DNA of 64,000 bases from Candidatus Omnitrophota bacterium. Lineage in GTDB: Bacteria > Omnitrophota > Gorgyraeia > Gygaellales > Profunditerraquicolaceae. Position 1 is the stretch's first letter, and each line of letters begins with the position of its first letter. Made by a program: the position numbers and the translations under genes. The notes under the pieces are model-generated. The model searched no databases. It worked only from the letters and a program-made list of their open reading frames with translations, and was not told where the DNA came from. Positions 14,974-25,147 of this stretch are shown piece after piece. The stretch is from assembly GCA_026387315.1 (NCBI GenBank), contig JAPLLY010000049.1:11883-75882 (forward strand). Direction: 5' to 3'.

Positions 14974-15387
14974 ATGATTGAGATGGAGTTAAGTAAGATT
15001 GTGATTGATGAGAAGAGGCATGATCAGTTGATTGCTTTAAAAGAAAAGGGGGGCACTAGGGTTTTACCGATTATTATTGGTTTAAATGAAGCCTCAGCCA
15101 TAAAATTAAAGATCAGCGGTTTTAATCCTCCGCGGCCATTGACCCATGATTTAATTTTTATGATTATTAAGGATTTTGAGGCGACCGTGGAAAAAGTTAT
15201 TATTGATAAGTTAGAAGAGAATACTTTTCACGCTAAGATTATTATTAAAACTGCCGGCGGTATTTTAAAGGCCATTGATGCCCGGCCAAGTGATAGTATC
15301 GCTTTGGCGGTGAGGTTTCACGCGCCGATCTTAGTTGAAGATGAGATTATCAAGCAGTATGAGCTGTTTAATAAAGAAAAAACTTAA
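14974..15387 (+). CDS. bifunctional nuclease family protein (DUF151)
   Basis: RPLTHDL and IDARPSDSIALAVR..APILV are signature segments. Confidence 0.85.
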   Translation: MIEMELSKIVIDEKRHDQLIALKEKGGTRVLPIIIGLNEASAIKLKISGFNPPRPLTHDLIFMIIKDFEATVEKVIIDKLEENTFHAKIIIKTAGGILKAIDARPSDSIALAVRFHAPILVEDEIIKQYELFNKEKT

Positions 15388-15393
15388 AATCCT

Positions 15394-15423
15394 GGGGACG
15401 GTTCTCGTAAGAGAACCGTCCCC
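15394..15423. terminator. family-B hairpin GGGGACGGTTCTC-GTAA-GAGAACCGTCCCC
   Basis: Perfect 13-bp stem, 7 nt after the upstream stop codon. Confidence 0.6.
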
Positions 15424-15431
15424 CTGTTCCT

Positions 15432-16877
15432 ATGCTTAAATTTAGCCTAAAAGATAAAAATATCTTAAACCCGATTTATAATTTCGCTAAAATAAAGAAA
15501 GTAAAATTATATCTGGTGGGCGGAGCTTTGCGGGATTTAATTTTAGATAGAACCAGGGAGAATCCGGATTTTGATTTTTGTTTAAAGAGAGGCGCTTTAA
15601 GTTTTGGCCGTAAGTTGGCTAAAGAATTAAGATGCGCCTTTGTAATTTTAGACCAAGAGCATGCTGCCTGCCGTTTAGTTAAGAAGATAGATAAGAAGAT
15701 TCATACCTTTGATTTTTCGGATTTCCGCGCCGCGACTTTAGAAAAAGACCTCCTGCACCGGGATTTTACCATAAACTCCATGGCCGTGGCCTTAGAGGAT
15801 GTATTTAAGCGCCAAGATTTAGATACTTCGATTATTGACCCGTATTCCGGTAGAGTTGATCTTAAAGCTAAAATAATCAAGGTTACCGGGCCCGGCTCTT
15901 TTAAGGAAGACCCCTTAAGGATCCTGCGGGCTTTTAGTTTTAGCTGTACGCTTGGTTTTGATTTAGATCCAGCAACATTACGCTTGGCCAAAAAAGAAAA
16001 AAATAAGATTGCCCTGGTATCCAGCGAACGTATTCGTGAAGAATTATTTAAGATTCTGGACAGTTCAACGGCTTATGTTTCTTTGGTCAGCCTGGATAAG
16101 CTAAGGATTTTAGAGATTATTTTTCCGGAAATCAAGCCGATGCGCGGGATCGGGCAGGGGCCCTACCATCATCTGGATGTCTGGCAGCACTCTTTAGAAA
16201 CTTTGAGTCAATTTGAGCTAATTATTAAGGGGGCCAAAAAGGCTGCTGGGATAGATGATTATTTGCGGGAGGAAATCGCGGGTTCGCGTAGAAGATCCAG
16301 CCTTTTAAAATTAGCTTGTATTTTGCATGATATCGGCAAGCCTAAGGCTTTGCGCCGGGAAAAAGGAAAAATTATTTTCCATGGGCATGAAAGAATAGGT
16401 TTAGGCCTAATGCGCGTAATTTCGCGCAGATTAAAATTATCTAATGATGAGGGGCGCGTTTTAGAAAGGATTGTGCTCTGGCATCTAAGGCCGGGGTATC
16501 TGGCGAATAACCCGCATCCAACTGAGCGGGCGATTTTTCGTTATTTTCGCGATACCGGCAATGAGGCTTTAGCCGTGCTGCTATTATCTTTGGCTGATCA
16601 GCGTGCCACTAAAGGGCCGCAGGCCACAGCGCTATCTCGCCTGCGCCATGAGAAGACAGTTAAGGCTTTGATCCGTAAATTATTAAAGCAAAAAGACCAA
16701 AAGAAAATCGAGCGTTTTTTAAACGGTAATCATCTTATGCGTAAATTTAAATTGCCGGCTTCGCCTCTGATTGGTAAACTGTTAATGGAACTGGAGGAGG
16801 CTCAGGCCATCGGTAAGATTAAGAATAAGCAAGAGGCTTGGCAGCTAGCCGCTAAACTAATCAAATTGCGGAAATGA
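15432..16877 (+). CDS. cca: CCA-adding enzyme / tRNA nucleotidyltransferase with HD domain
   Basis: GGALRDLILDR, RDFTINSMA and ILHDIGKP (HD) motifs. Confidence 0.85.
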   Translation: MLKFSLKDKNILNPIYNFAKIKKVKLYLVGGALRDLILDRTRENPDFDFCLKRGALSFGRKLAKELRCAFVILDQEHAACRLVKKIDKKIHTFDFSDFRAATLEKDLLHRDFTINSMAVALEDVFKRQDLDTSIIDPYSGRVDLKAKIIKVTGPGSFKEDPLRILRAFSFSCTLGFDLDPATLRLAKKEKNKIALVSSERIREELFKILDSSTAYVSLVSLDKLRILEIIFPEIKPMRGIGQGPYHHLDVWQHSLETLSQFELIIKGAKKAAGIDDYLREEIAGSRRRSSLLKLACILHDIGKPKALRREKGKIIFHGHERIGLGLMRVISRRLKLSNDEGRVLERIVLWHLRPGYLANNPHPTERAIFRYFRDTGNEALAVLLLSLADQRATKGPQATALSRLRHEKTVKALIRKLLKQKDQKKIERFLNGNHLMRKFKLPASPLIGKLLMELEEAQAIGKIKNKQEAWQLAAKLIKLRK

Positions 16878-19306
16878 AAAAATTTATTCTAATCGCTTTA
16901 ATCCTGCTTCTAATTCTTTTTAGCGCCACAGTATATTTGAATAAAGTATTTTTACCGAAGAAGATAAAATCACTAATTGTTTCTACGCTGGCCAAACAGA
17001 CCGGCAAGAATGTCACTCTAAAATCTCTGGAATTTAGCATATTCAAGGGGTTGGTTTTGCGTGACCTGGTGATTGTCGACAGCCAGAATGTGATTTTAAG
17101 TACTCCCCAGGCGGCTTGCACAATTTTTATTTGGCCGCTTTTTAAGAAGCAGGTTATTATCCCCAGCATAAATCTTAAAGCCCCGTATATTTTCTTGGAG
17201 CGCCGTCCGGATAACAGTTTTAACTTGCAGGATTTCTTTGCTCCCCAGGTACCCGCGAAAAAATCAGATTTTAGTGTCGCGGTTTTTAAGCTTACTATTG
17301 CCAATGGTAATCTTGTTTTTCAGGATGATACTCTGGCGGTTAAATCCAAAAAAGAAATCAAGAATATCCAGTTTAGCCTGCAGTTGGGTTTACCGGTAAA
17401 ATTAAAGTTTAATCTCTCCGCTCAACTCGTTAATCAGCCGCCGGTTTTTATTAATGCCTCGGGTGAATACAAAATTCTAAGCCAGGAGCTGATGGTTAAT
17501 CTTGCGCTTAAGGATTTATCCACTCAGGAATTTAGGGATTATTATAGTGATTTAGGTGATTTGGTTTCCGGATTAATAAACTTGCAGGCTCAAGCTGATC
17601 TTAAAAATAAAATACTGCAAGTTAACCTTACTGCGCAAGGAGACAATCTAATTTTTGTGAAAGATAATTTAAAGGCTAAATTAAATACCAGCCTGCAAAC
17701 CAAAATTGACTACAATTTAGAAACTAAAAAACTTGAGTTTAACGGCGCCTGCGATATTCAACAGGCGGATATCGCGGGCTTAGAGTTTTTAGGCCAAGTA
17801 AAGAATCTGAATGGAAAGGTTGTTTTTAATCAGTATTCTTTAATCGCGGATAATTTAAAAGCGGAGTTGTTAGGGGTGCGTTTTGAGATTAAACTGGGGA
17901 TTAAAGATTTTAGCGCTCGGGCGTTAAATATAAATACGGATTTTGATCTTGGTATTCTCCCTGTTATTGCTAAGGATAAATTTAATTTTTCTCTGATTAA
18001 TTCGGCTAGCGGTAGAGCGGCCTTGTCTGTAAAAATTCAGCCGGATCACCAGGGTGTTTGGGGAGCGCAGGGCAGCCTGGATATTACCGGCGCGGGTTTA
18101 AAGCTGGATAAAGTGGTTAGCCCGATTGAGAATATCGCCGCCAGGCTTGAATTTAGCCAAGAAGGTTTAAGTTGGCTGGATACAAAATTTAAATATCAAG
18201 GAGTAAATTACCAGACCAGTGGCACGGTTTCTGATTTTACTGCTCCGAAGGTAAAGTTAAAACTTTATTCTGAAGATTTATCCGTGGCCGGAGATTTTGA
18301 TCTTTTGGGTAAGAAAATCAAGGTTACCCAGTTTAAAGGTAAATATCTTGATTCGCAGTTTTTAGTTAGCGGTGATATTGATCAATCTGATCCGGTTAAG
18401 CCGCAGGTGGATTTAACCGGCAGAATTAATTTGGAGTTGAGTAATTTAAATAAGTTATTGGAGAAAGCTTACCCGGCAATAAAAGCGAGCTCGCCCTTAG
18501 GCCGGCTGGATACGGAATTTAACCTGAAGGGGCCAGCTGTAGATTTTAAAAACTGTTACTTGCAGGTAAAATCTACGAGCAGTAGTTTTTCTTTATATGG
18601 CTTAAAGGCAACGGATTTTTCCTTGGATTTTTTACAGGAACAAGGGATAGCTAAGATTTCTGCTATCTATATGGCTTTTTATGATGGAATAATCCGGGGC
18701 TCGGGCGCGTTAAATTTTAATTCCAAGGATCTTGTCTATCAGTTAGAGTTAGGGGCTAGCGGGGTTGATTTGGGAAAACTTAATTTGGATACGCCCTCTA
18801 AAAATAAAAATATCGCTGGAATTTTCCTGGGAGAGGTTAAGCTTAATGGGGCGGGCAGTGATTTGAATAAACTTGATGGAGCGGGCAGCTTCGCGGTCAG
18901 CGAAGGAAAGCTGGGGGAGTTAAATTTACTTCAAGGATTAGGCCAATTGTTACTGGCTAAGGATCTGGGTAACATTGGATTTACAGGATGCGTTTGCGCT
19001 TTTTCGCTAAAGAATAAATTTGTTTATACGGATAATTTGAAATTAACCAGCAGCATGGTTAATCTTGCTGGCCCTGTAAAAATTGGTTTTGATAGTTCCT
19101 TAGAAGGGGCTTTAGATGTGGAGATATTAAGTGGGATGGTTCCTTTGGGTGGTACATTTAAGGACGTCACTACCGCGATTATTGGCCAGGGTGGTAAATT
19201 TGGCGTAATTAAATTAAGCGGTACGCTGGGTCAGCCAAGGTATGCTTTTAAGGCGGCGGTAGGTAATATTATTCAGGGGCTGGCGAATATGTTTCTTAAA
19301 AAATAA
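16874..19306 (+). CDS. AsmA-like / DUF748-type envelope biogenesis protein
   Basis: 810 aa. N-terminal TM anchor followed by a long beta-rich repetitive body (LxLxxGxL, NLxG patterns) as in AsmA/TamB-like proteins. The start overlaps the cca stop (ATGA). Confidence 0.6.
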   Translation: MKKFILIALILLLILFSATVYLNKVFLPKKIKSLIVSTLAKQTGKNVTLKSLEFSIFKGLVLRDLVIVDSQNVILSTPQAACTIFIWPLFKKQVIIPSINLKAPYIFLERRPDNSFNLQDFFAPQVPAKKSDFSVAVFKLTIANGNLVFQDDTLAVKSKKEIKNIQFSLQLGLPVKLKFNLSAQLVNQPPVFINASGEYKILSQELMVNLALKDLSTQEFRDYYSDLGDLVSGLINLQAQADLKNKILQVNLTAQGDNLIFVKDNLKAKLNTSLQTKIDYNLETKKLEFNGACDIQQADIAGLEFLGQVKNLNGKVVFNQYSLIADNLKAELLGVRFEIKLGIKDFSARALNINTDFDLGILPVIAKDKFNFSLINSASGRAALSVKIQPDHQGVWGAQGSLDITGAGLKLDKVVSPIENIAARLEFSQEGLSWLDTKFKYQGVNYQTSGTVSDFTAPKVKLKLYSEDLSVAGDFDLLGKKIKVTQFKGKYLDSQFLVSGDIDQSDPVKPQVDLTGRINLELSNLNKLLEKAYPAIKASSPLGRLDTEFNLKGPAVDFKNCYLQVKSTSSSFSLYGLKATDFSLDFLQEQGIAKISAIYMAFYDGIIRGSGALNFNSKDLVYQLELGASGVDLGKLNLDTPSKNKNIAGIFLGEVKLNGAGSDLNKLDGAGSFAVSEGKLGELNLLQGLGQLLLAKDLGNIGFTGCVCAFSLKNKFVYTDNLKLTSSMVNLAGPVKIGFDSSLEGALDVEILSGMVPLGGTFKDVTTAIIGQGGKFGVIKLSGTLGQPRYAFKAAVGNIIQGLANMFLKK

Positions 19307-19321
19307 CGGTGATAAAAACCA

Positions 19322-19444
19322 GGGGACGGTTCTATTCTTTCTTGATCTACCTGTGTAGACCTACGCGGTCTACATATATGTAGAAGACCGCGTAGGTCTA
19401 CGTGGTTCGCGAGAATGACGGTATTAAAAAATAGAACCGCCCCC
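19322..19444. repeat. family-B hairpin split by a nested 47-nt palindrome
   Basis: Outer arms are GGGGACGGTTCTATT (19322-19336) and AATAGAACCGCCCC (19430-19444). The inner 17-bp stem is GTAGACCTACGCGGTCT (19355-19371) with AGACCGCGTAGGTCTAC (19385-19401) around TACATATATGTA. Confidence 0.75.
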
Positions 19445-19463
19445 GTGATTCTAAAGCAGGGGG

Positions 19464-19886
19464 GTGATGATGAAAGCTTATACTCAGGAATTAATTTTTA
19501 ATACCAAGAATCGCCAGGAGTTTATTAATATTACCGATCAAGTCCAGGAGGCTTTAGCTAAAAGCGGGATTAAAGAAGGGCTTTGTCTGGTTAATCCCAT
19601 GCATATTACCGCCAGTGTTTTTATTAATGACGATGAAAGGGGATTGCATCAGGATTTTTACGTTTGGCTTGAGAAGCTGGCCCCATTTGGCAAAGATAAA
19701 TATAAACATAATTTAACTGGTGAGGATAATGCGGATGCGCATCTTAAGCGTATAGTTATGGGCAGAGAAGTAGTGGTGGCTGTAACTGGAGGTAAATTAC
19801 ATTTCGGCCCTTGGGAGCAGATTTTTTACGGAGAGTTTGACGGCCAAAGAAGAAAACGCGTTTTGGTCAAGATAATCGGTGAATAG
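19464..19886 (+). CDS. yjbQ: YjbQ/UPF0047 family (secondary thiamine-phosphate synthase)
   Basis: 140 aa. [19 protein letters not shown] and [13 protein letters not shown] are characteristic. Confidence 0.9.
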   Translation: MMMKAYTQELIFNTKNRQEFINITDQVQEALAKSGIKEGLCLVNPMHITASVFINDDERGLHQDFYVWLEKLAPFGKDKYKHNLTGEDNADAHLKRIVMGREVVVAVTGGKLHFGPWEQIFYGEFDGQRRKRVLVKIIGE

Positions 19887-19889
19887 CTA

Positions 19890-22085
19890 ATGCGAAAAAT
19901 ATTTATATTAAACTCAATAACCTTTCTGGCGGCATTTCTTTTATTTCAAATCGAATTAATTATATCCAAGATATTGCTTCCGGATTTCGGAGGCAGTTAT
20001 TTGATCTGGGGCGCTTGTGTGGTTTTTTTTCAGGCCGCACTATTCTTGGGGTATTTTTTTTCCTATATTGTACTCAGGAAGATCGGGATAAAACGCTTCA
20101 AGCCGTTTTATTTAGTTTTATTCTTTTTGCCGTTATTAGCTTTTCCCGGGAAAAGTTTACCGGTGATCAACCCCGTTAATTTAAACATTGCCCTGGTGCT
20201 GAATGTTTTCCGGCATCTTTTTTTCTCAATTGGCGGGGTTTTCTTTGTGTTATCTACCAGTAGCGTAATATTGCAATCCTGGCTGGGGGGTTCGGATTTA
20301 GTCGAAAAAAATAATCCTTATGCCCTCTTTGCCTTGTCTAATTTAGGATCTTTTGCGGCGCTAATTACCTATCCATTTTTATTTGAAATATTTCTGGATT
20401 TAGGTCAGCAGCTTTTGTTATGGAGAGTGATCTATTTTTTACTTTTAGGGTTAATTGTTTTGGCGGCATTGACAATTAAGGTTAATCAGGAGAACAGGAT
20501 AAACAAGGCCTGGAGCATGAATGGAATTTTGTGGCAGGATTGTTTTAGGTGGCTGCTTTTCAGCGCTGCCGGAGTAATTATGTTTCTCTCTGTGACTAAC
20601 ATCTTTACCTATGAGATTGCTCCTATACCTTTATTATGGGTGGTGCCTTTATGTATTTATCTTGTTTCCTTTGTCTTAAATTTTAAACGCAAGCCCTGGA
20701 GACCGGCTTGGGTGGTAGATAAATTTTACCTAACTTTTGCCTACAGCGTAGTTTTGTTCTTTATCACCTTAATGAGAATCTTGCCTTTTATTGTGGAAGT
20801 AATTCTTGCCTGTTTATTTTTATTTCATTTCTGCATGTTTTGCCAGTATCAATTAGATAAAACTAAACCGGCCAACCTGGATAACTTGCCTTTATTTTAT
20901 TTAATTATATCTTTGGGTGGATTTATCGGAGGACTTTTTACTACCTGGGCCATGCCGCTTATTTCGGTTTCAGTTTCTGAATACCTGTTGGCGCTGGCGG
21001 TAATCGCCTGGGCTTTGGCGATCGGCACTAAATATCAGAGGCTGGGTTGGCGCAACATATTTCTTGTCGCTTATGTTTGTATAATGCTTATGGCTTGGCC
21101 GCTCTTCTTTAGGGGATATAATCTATTTGGAATAATTATTATCCTTTTGTTTTTTCAAATCTGTTATTCCAATTTAATAAAAAATCCACGCGCATTTTTA
21201 TTAAATATTCTTTTGATATTGTTGATTACGCCTCTCATCTATTCATTCTGGACCAAAAATAATTATCTTTATAAGCATCGTAATTATTACGGAGTATATA
21301 GAGTTTATGAGGAAAACGGTATAATTGTCCTGATGAATGGAACGACTATCCATGGCGCTCAGTTTAAAGATAAGGAAAGAGAAAATCAACCCCTAGCTTA
21401 TTATCATAAGCTTACTCCCGTCGGCAGATTACTGAGCAGCCCCAGCGTGGGGAAAAATATTGGTGTCATTGGTTTAGGTACGGGTGGACTGGCTGTTTAT
21501 GCCCGGGATGGCCAAGAGATTGATTATTTTGAGATTGATCCGGATATGTATTTTATTGCGCAAAATTTGTTTACTTTTCTTAAACATACCAAGGCCAAAG
21601 TAAATTTTATTTTTGGTGATGCCAGGCTTGCTATCAAAGAAGTGCCGGCTAAGCGTTATAATGTTTTAGTGGTAGATGCTTTTAGCGGGGATGCGATTCC
21701 GGTGCATCTTTTAACTACTGAAGCGATAAATGAATACAGGAAGCATTTAGCGGAGAAGGGGATAATCTTGTTCCATATTTCAAATAGATATCTTGATTTT
21801 ATTCCCGTTTTATTTAGTAACGCGAATTATTTAAATGCCTATGCCTGCTATAAAAGCAATCGAGAGGTATTCAGGAATGATATTTTTGGTACCAGCTGGT
21901 TTGCCATAAGTTGGGATAGCGGTTCTTTTAGCAAGTTAGTGACCGAATTTAAATGGAGTAAGTATGTTCCCGGGAAAGACAGGCTGATTCGGCCCTGGAC
22001 CGATAAATATTCAAGTATGCTTTTAATTATGAGGCTGAATGATTTGTTGGATTCCATCAGATATTTTAAACCTTTTTACTGGTAG
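19890..22085 (+). CDS. polytopic membrane domain fused to a spermidine-synthase-like methyltransferase fold
   Basis: About 450 aa of TM helices, then VIGLGTGGLA, DYFEIDP and VVDAFSGDAIPVHLLT (spermidine synthase-like). Confidence 0.75.
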   Translation: MRKIFILNSITFLAAFLLFQIELIISKILLPDFGGSYLIWGACVVFFQAALFLGYFFSYIVLRKIGIKRFKPFYLVLFFLPLLAFPGKSLPVINPVNLNIALVLNVFRHLFFSIGGVFFVLSTSSVILQSWLGGSDLVEKNNPYALFALSNLGSFAALITYPFLFEIFLDLGQQLLLWRVIYFLLLGLIVLAALTIKVNQENRINKAWSMNGILWQDCFRWLLFSAAGVIMFLSVTNIFTYEIAPIPLLWVVPLCIYLVSFVLNFKRKPWRPAWVVDKFYLTFAYSVVLFFITLMRILPFIVEVILACLFLFHFCMFCQYQLDKTKPANLDNLPLFYLIISLGGFIGGLFTTWAMPLISVSVSEYLLALAVIAWALAIGTKYQRLGWRNIFLVAYVCIMLMAWPLFFRGYNLFGIIIILLFFQICYSNLIKNPRAFLLNILLILLITPLIYSFWTKNNYLYKHRNYYGVYRVYEENGIIVLMNGTTIHGAQFKDKERENQPLAYYHKLTPVGRLLSSPSVGKNIGVIGLGTGGLAVYARDGQEIDYFEIDPDMYFIAQNLFTFLKHTKAKVNFIFGDARLAIKEVPAKRYNVLVVDAFSGDAIPVHLLTTEAINEYRKHLAEKGIILFHISNRYLDFIPVLFSNANYLNAYACYKSNREVFRNDIFGTSWFAISWDSGSFSKLVTEFKWSKYVPGKDRLIRPWTDKYSSMLLIMRLNDLLDSIRYFKPFYW

Positions 22086-22091
22086 GATTGT

Positions 22092-23024
22092 ATGATAAAG
22101 ATAAAAAATACGAAAATTAAAGTGGTGATGGGGGATATTACTGAGCTGCGGGTTGATGCTATTGTTAATGCCGCGAATAATCAATTGCTGATGGGTGGGG
22201 GAGTGGCGGGGGTAATTAAAAAAAAAGGCGGTAAGATTATTGAAGAGGAGGCGCTCAGTAAGGGGCCCGTTGAGATCGGAGGAGCCATTGCCACCGGCGC
22301 GGGAGAGCTGGCGGCAAAATATATCATTCATGCTGTAACTATGGGCATGGATTTTCAAACCGATGAAATAAAAATTCGTAACGCCTGTAAAAATTCACTG
22401 GATTTAGCCGAAGAGTTAAAGATTGGTTCAATTGTTTTTCCGGCTTTAGGCTGTGGCACTGGTGGTTTTCCGTTTTTAGCCTCCGCAAAGATTATGGCGC
22501 AAGAAGTATTAAAACATCTGCGCCAGGAGGCCACTTCTTTAAAAGAAATTATCTTTTGTCTTTATAATCAGGAGGCATTAGAAGTTTTTAAGCAAGGTGT
22601 CTTAGGTTATTTAGAGTATGTGGCTGCAAAATTATCCGGCGGGCCTTATGTGACGGTAGACGCGATTATTGAATTGCCCGAAGGTATTGTGATTATCAAG
22701 CGCGGTAACCCGCCTTTTGGCTGGGCTTTGCCCGGAGGTTTTGTGGATTACGCTGAAAGCTTAGAAGACGCGGTAATCCGAGAGGCCAAAGAAGAAACGA
22801 ATTTAGATTTAACTCAAGTGAAACAGTTTCATACTTATTCAGACCCCGCGCGTGATCCCCGATTTCACACTATCGGCACGGTTTTTACCGCTAAAGCTAA
22901 AGGAACCCCCAAAGCCGGAGATGACGCCGCGGATATCAAAGTGATTAAAATAAGCGAAATCAAGAATCTTGATTTCGCCTTTGACCATAAAAAAATCCTT
23001 CAGGATTATTTAGAATCAAAATAA
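22092..23024 (+). CDS. macro domain - NUDIX hydrolase fusion protein
   Basis: Macro domain: [44 protein letters not shown] box: [24 protein letters not shown]. Confidence 0.85.
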   Translation: MIKIKNTKIKVVMGDITELRVDAIVNAANNQLLMGGGVAGVIKKKGGKIIEEEALSKGPVEIGGAIATGAGELAAKYIIHAVTMGMDFQTDEIKIRNACKNSLDLAEELKIGSIVFPALGCGTGGFPFLASAKIMAQEVLKHLRQEATSLKEIIFCLYNQEALEVFKQGVLGYLEYVAAKLSGGPYVTVDAIIELPEGIVIIKRGNPPFGWALPGGFVDYAESLEDAVIREAKEETNLDLTQVKQFHTYSDPARDPRFHTIGTVFTAKAKGTPKAGDDAADIKVIKISEIKNLDFAFDHKKILQDYLESK

Positions 23025-23026
23025 TA

Positions 23027-23080
23027 AAAAAGGGGATAGGTTTTTCTCTCAAGCTTGAGAAAAATCTATCCCTTTTTTTA
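23027..23080. terminator. bidirectional terminator between convergent genes
   Basis: AAAAAAGGGGATAG...CTATCCCTTTTTTT with an inner TCTC-AAGCTT-GAGA. It is shared by the macro-NUDIX gene (+) and the helicase (-). Confidence 0.6.
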
Positions 23081-24958
23081 GCCCTCGCGCAGCTGTTTTT
23101 CGGCGTCGACGATATCGCGGTTAATTACGCGGATGGTTTCTTTGATTTTATCCTTGAGCAGGTAAGAGGCAACCGGAGCCTGGGCAATCTCTCTTAAGAC
23201 CTGTACGCTCATCCTGAAATAGCGCACTACCTCGCCTTCATCACAATCTGTAAATTGTAAAGTCTTATCGAAATTTGTCCCGCGCAGCCAAGCTTCCATG
23301 CTGGAGCAGAGGTGAAAATAGGGCAGTTTACTAAAAGGATAAATTTTATAACGGCGTTCTTTATTCTTGACGCGGTCATAGGTTTCTTCGCAGGTTCTTT
23401 TTAAGTGCCCGGTGGATTTTGAGATACTTGTGGGCATACGTTGATTTTTACGCGGCTCAAAGACCACGGATGCCGCGACTACCCCCAGCCCGAATTCATC
23501 CAGTTGTTCCAGGATATTTTCCGCGTATAATTCTGCCAAAACCAGTTCATAGCCATAAATAGTTTTGGCGAATTTTCCTTTATCCGTGAGTTTTCCGTCG
23601 TGAATATATCCTAAGTCTTTGAGCAGCCTAAGCTTTGCATCCAGAAGGTTTAAGGCTTGTTTTTGTTCATTTTTACGAGACTGATAATAGTGCAGAGAGA
23701 GGGGGTAAATCTTAAACAGTTCATCCTGGTATTTTTCGTAAAGATTAAGGATCGTGGCGTAGGAGGTATTTAGCTGGCTTTTTACTTCTTCAGGATTGCC
23801 AAAAATGATCCTGCGCACCTCTTCGAAATTTATTCTTTGCGGGTTAATGCGCGTATAGACAAAGCCTTCTTGGTCTATACCGCGCCGGCCGGCGCGCCCG
23901 GCCATTTGAAAGAAATCGCGGGTTTTTAGATTGCGCACGTAGGTGCCGTAAAATTTACGCAGGCCGTCAAACATCACCGAACGGCTGGGCATATTTATCC
24001 CTAAGGCAAAGGTTTCGGTGGTAAAGATAACTTTAAGCAGGCGGCTGGTAAAAAGGCGTTCGATTACTTCTTTTAGGGTGGGCAGCATTCCGGCATGATG
24101 GTAGGCAATGCCGCGCTGCACTAATGGATAAAGCAGCTGCGCTGATTGCTCATTTTTTAAATTAAATCTCTCCAGCAACTCTTCATACATCTGGGTGATG
24201 GCGTGGGTTTCTTGGGCGTTAAGAAATTTGAATCCGTATAAATCAAAAGCCAGCTCTTCGGCGCGCTTGCGGGAAAAAACAAAATAAATCGCCGGCAGGC
24301 CTTCTTTTTCCTGGACATAGCTAATTAGCGATTGCAGGCGGTTGGGTTTGCTGGAACGCAGGCGTTTAAGCTGGTCGAGATTATCCACTACTTCGTTAGC
24401 GCACTGGAAACTAAAATGTAAAGGTACTGGCCGGCGCTCTTCGATAACTACTTTTACGGTTTTGTTATGGATAGATTCGATCCAGGCGGCAAATTGTTTG
24501 ATATTCGGAATAGTTGCCGATAATCCCAAAAGATTCATGTGTTTGGGCAGAAAGATTAATGATTCCTCCCAGACCGTGCCGCGCTCAGGATTGTCAATGT
24601 AATGGATTTCATCAAAGATGATCCAGGAGTATTTATCCAGGCTGGCCGGTTCATCCAGGATTTTGTTGCGGAAGATTTCGGTAGTCATGATTAAAATAGG
24701 AGCTTGCGGGTTAATTGAAACATCCCCGGTAAGAATTCCGATATTATCCTGGAATTGGCCTTTAAAGTCGCGGAACTTTTGATTGGAGAGGGCTTTAATC
24801 GGCGCGGTGTAGATTACTCCTAAATTGTTGCAAATAGCGCCGCTGATAATGTATTCGGCAATCGCTGTTTTTCCGGCTCCGGTAGGAGCTGAGACAATTA
24901 CCGAATGGCCGTTATTTATGTGGTCTATAGCTTCTTGTTGGAAACGGTCGTAAATCAT
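23078..24958 (-). CDS. Ski2-like DEAD/DEAH-box superfamily-2 helicase
   Basis: Motifs APTGAGKT (I), FDEIHY (II), SAT (III), QMAGRAGRRG (VI), with a C-terminal DSHCT-like region. This is the only minus-strand gene in the window. Confidence 0.85.
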   Translation of the reverse strand: MIYDRFQQEAIDHINNGHSVIVSAPTGAGKTAIAEYIISGAICNNLGVIYTAPIKALSNQKFRDFKGQFQDNIGILTGDVSINPQAPILIMTTEIFRNKILDEPASLDKYSWIIFDEIHYIDNPERGTVWEESLIFLPKHMNLLGLSATIPNIKQFAAWIESIHNKTVKVVIEERRPVPLHFSFQCANEVVDNLDQLKRLRSSKPNRLQSLISYVQEKEGLPAIYFVFSRKRAEELAFDLYGFKFLNAQETHAITQMYEELLERFNLKNEQSAQLLYPLVQRGIAYHHAGMLPTLKEVIERLFTSRLLKVIFTTETFALGINMPSRSVMFDGLRKFYGTYVRNLKTRDFFQMAGRAGRRGIDQEGFVYTRINPQRINFEEVRRIIFGNPEEVKSQLNTSYATILNLYEKYQDELFKIYPLSLHYYQSRKNEQKQALNLLDAKLRLLKDLGYIHDGKLTDKGKFAKTIYGYELVLAELYAENILEQLDEFGLGVVAASVVFEPRKNQRMPTSISKSTGHLKRTCEETYDRVKNKERRYKIYPFSKLPYFHLCSSMEAWLRGTNFDKTLQFTDCDEGEVVRYFRMSVQVLREIAQAPVASYLLKDKIKETIRVINRDIVDAEKQLREG

Positions 24959-25005
24959 GATTCTTATTATAAGCGAAAATCCAGCAACCGCAATATAAAA
25001 ATCAA

Positions 25006-25074
25006 GGGGACGGTTCTACTTTTCAGAAACAAAGGGGACGGTTCTATTTTTTACAAAAAAATAGAACCGTCCCC
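25006..25074. repeat. family-B half copy plus a full hairpin in a divergent intergenic region
   Basis: Half copy GGGGACGGTTCTAC (25006-25019). Full hairpin GGGGACGGTTCTATTTTTT-AC-AAAAAAATAGAACCGTCCCC (25034-25074). Confidence 0.7.
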
Positions 25075-25147
25075 AGGTTTTCATTGATTTATCTAATAAA
25101 AATAGTAGAATGAATTAAATAGGTTAAATTAATCAAGGAGGGTAAAG

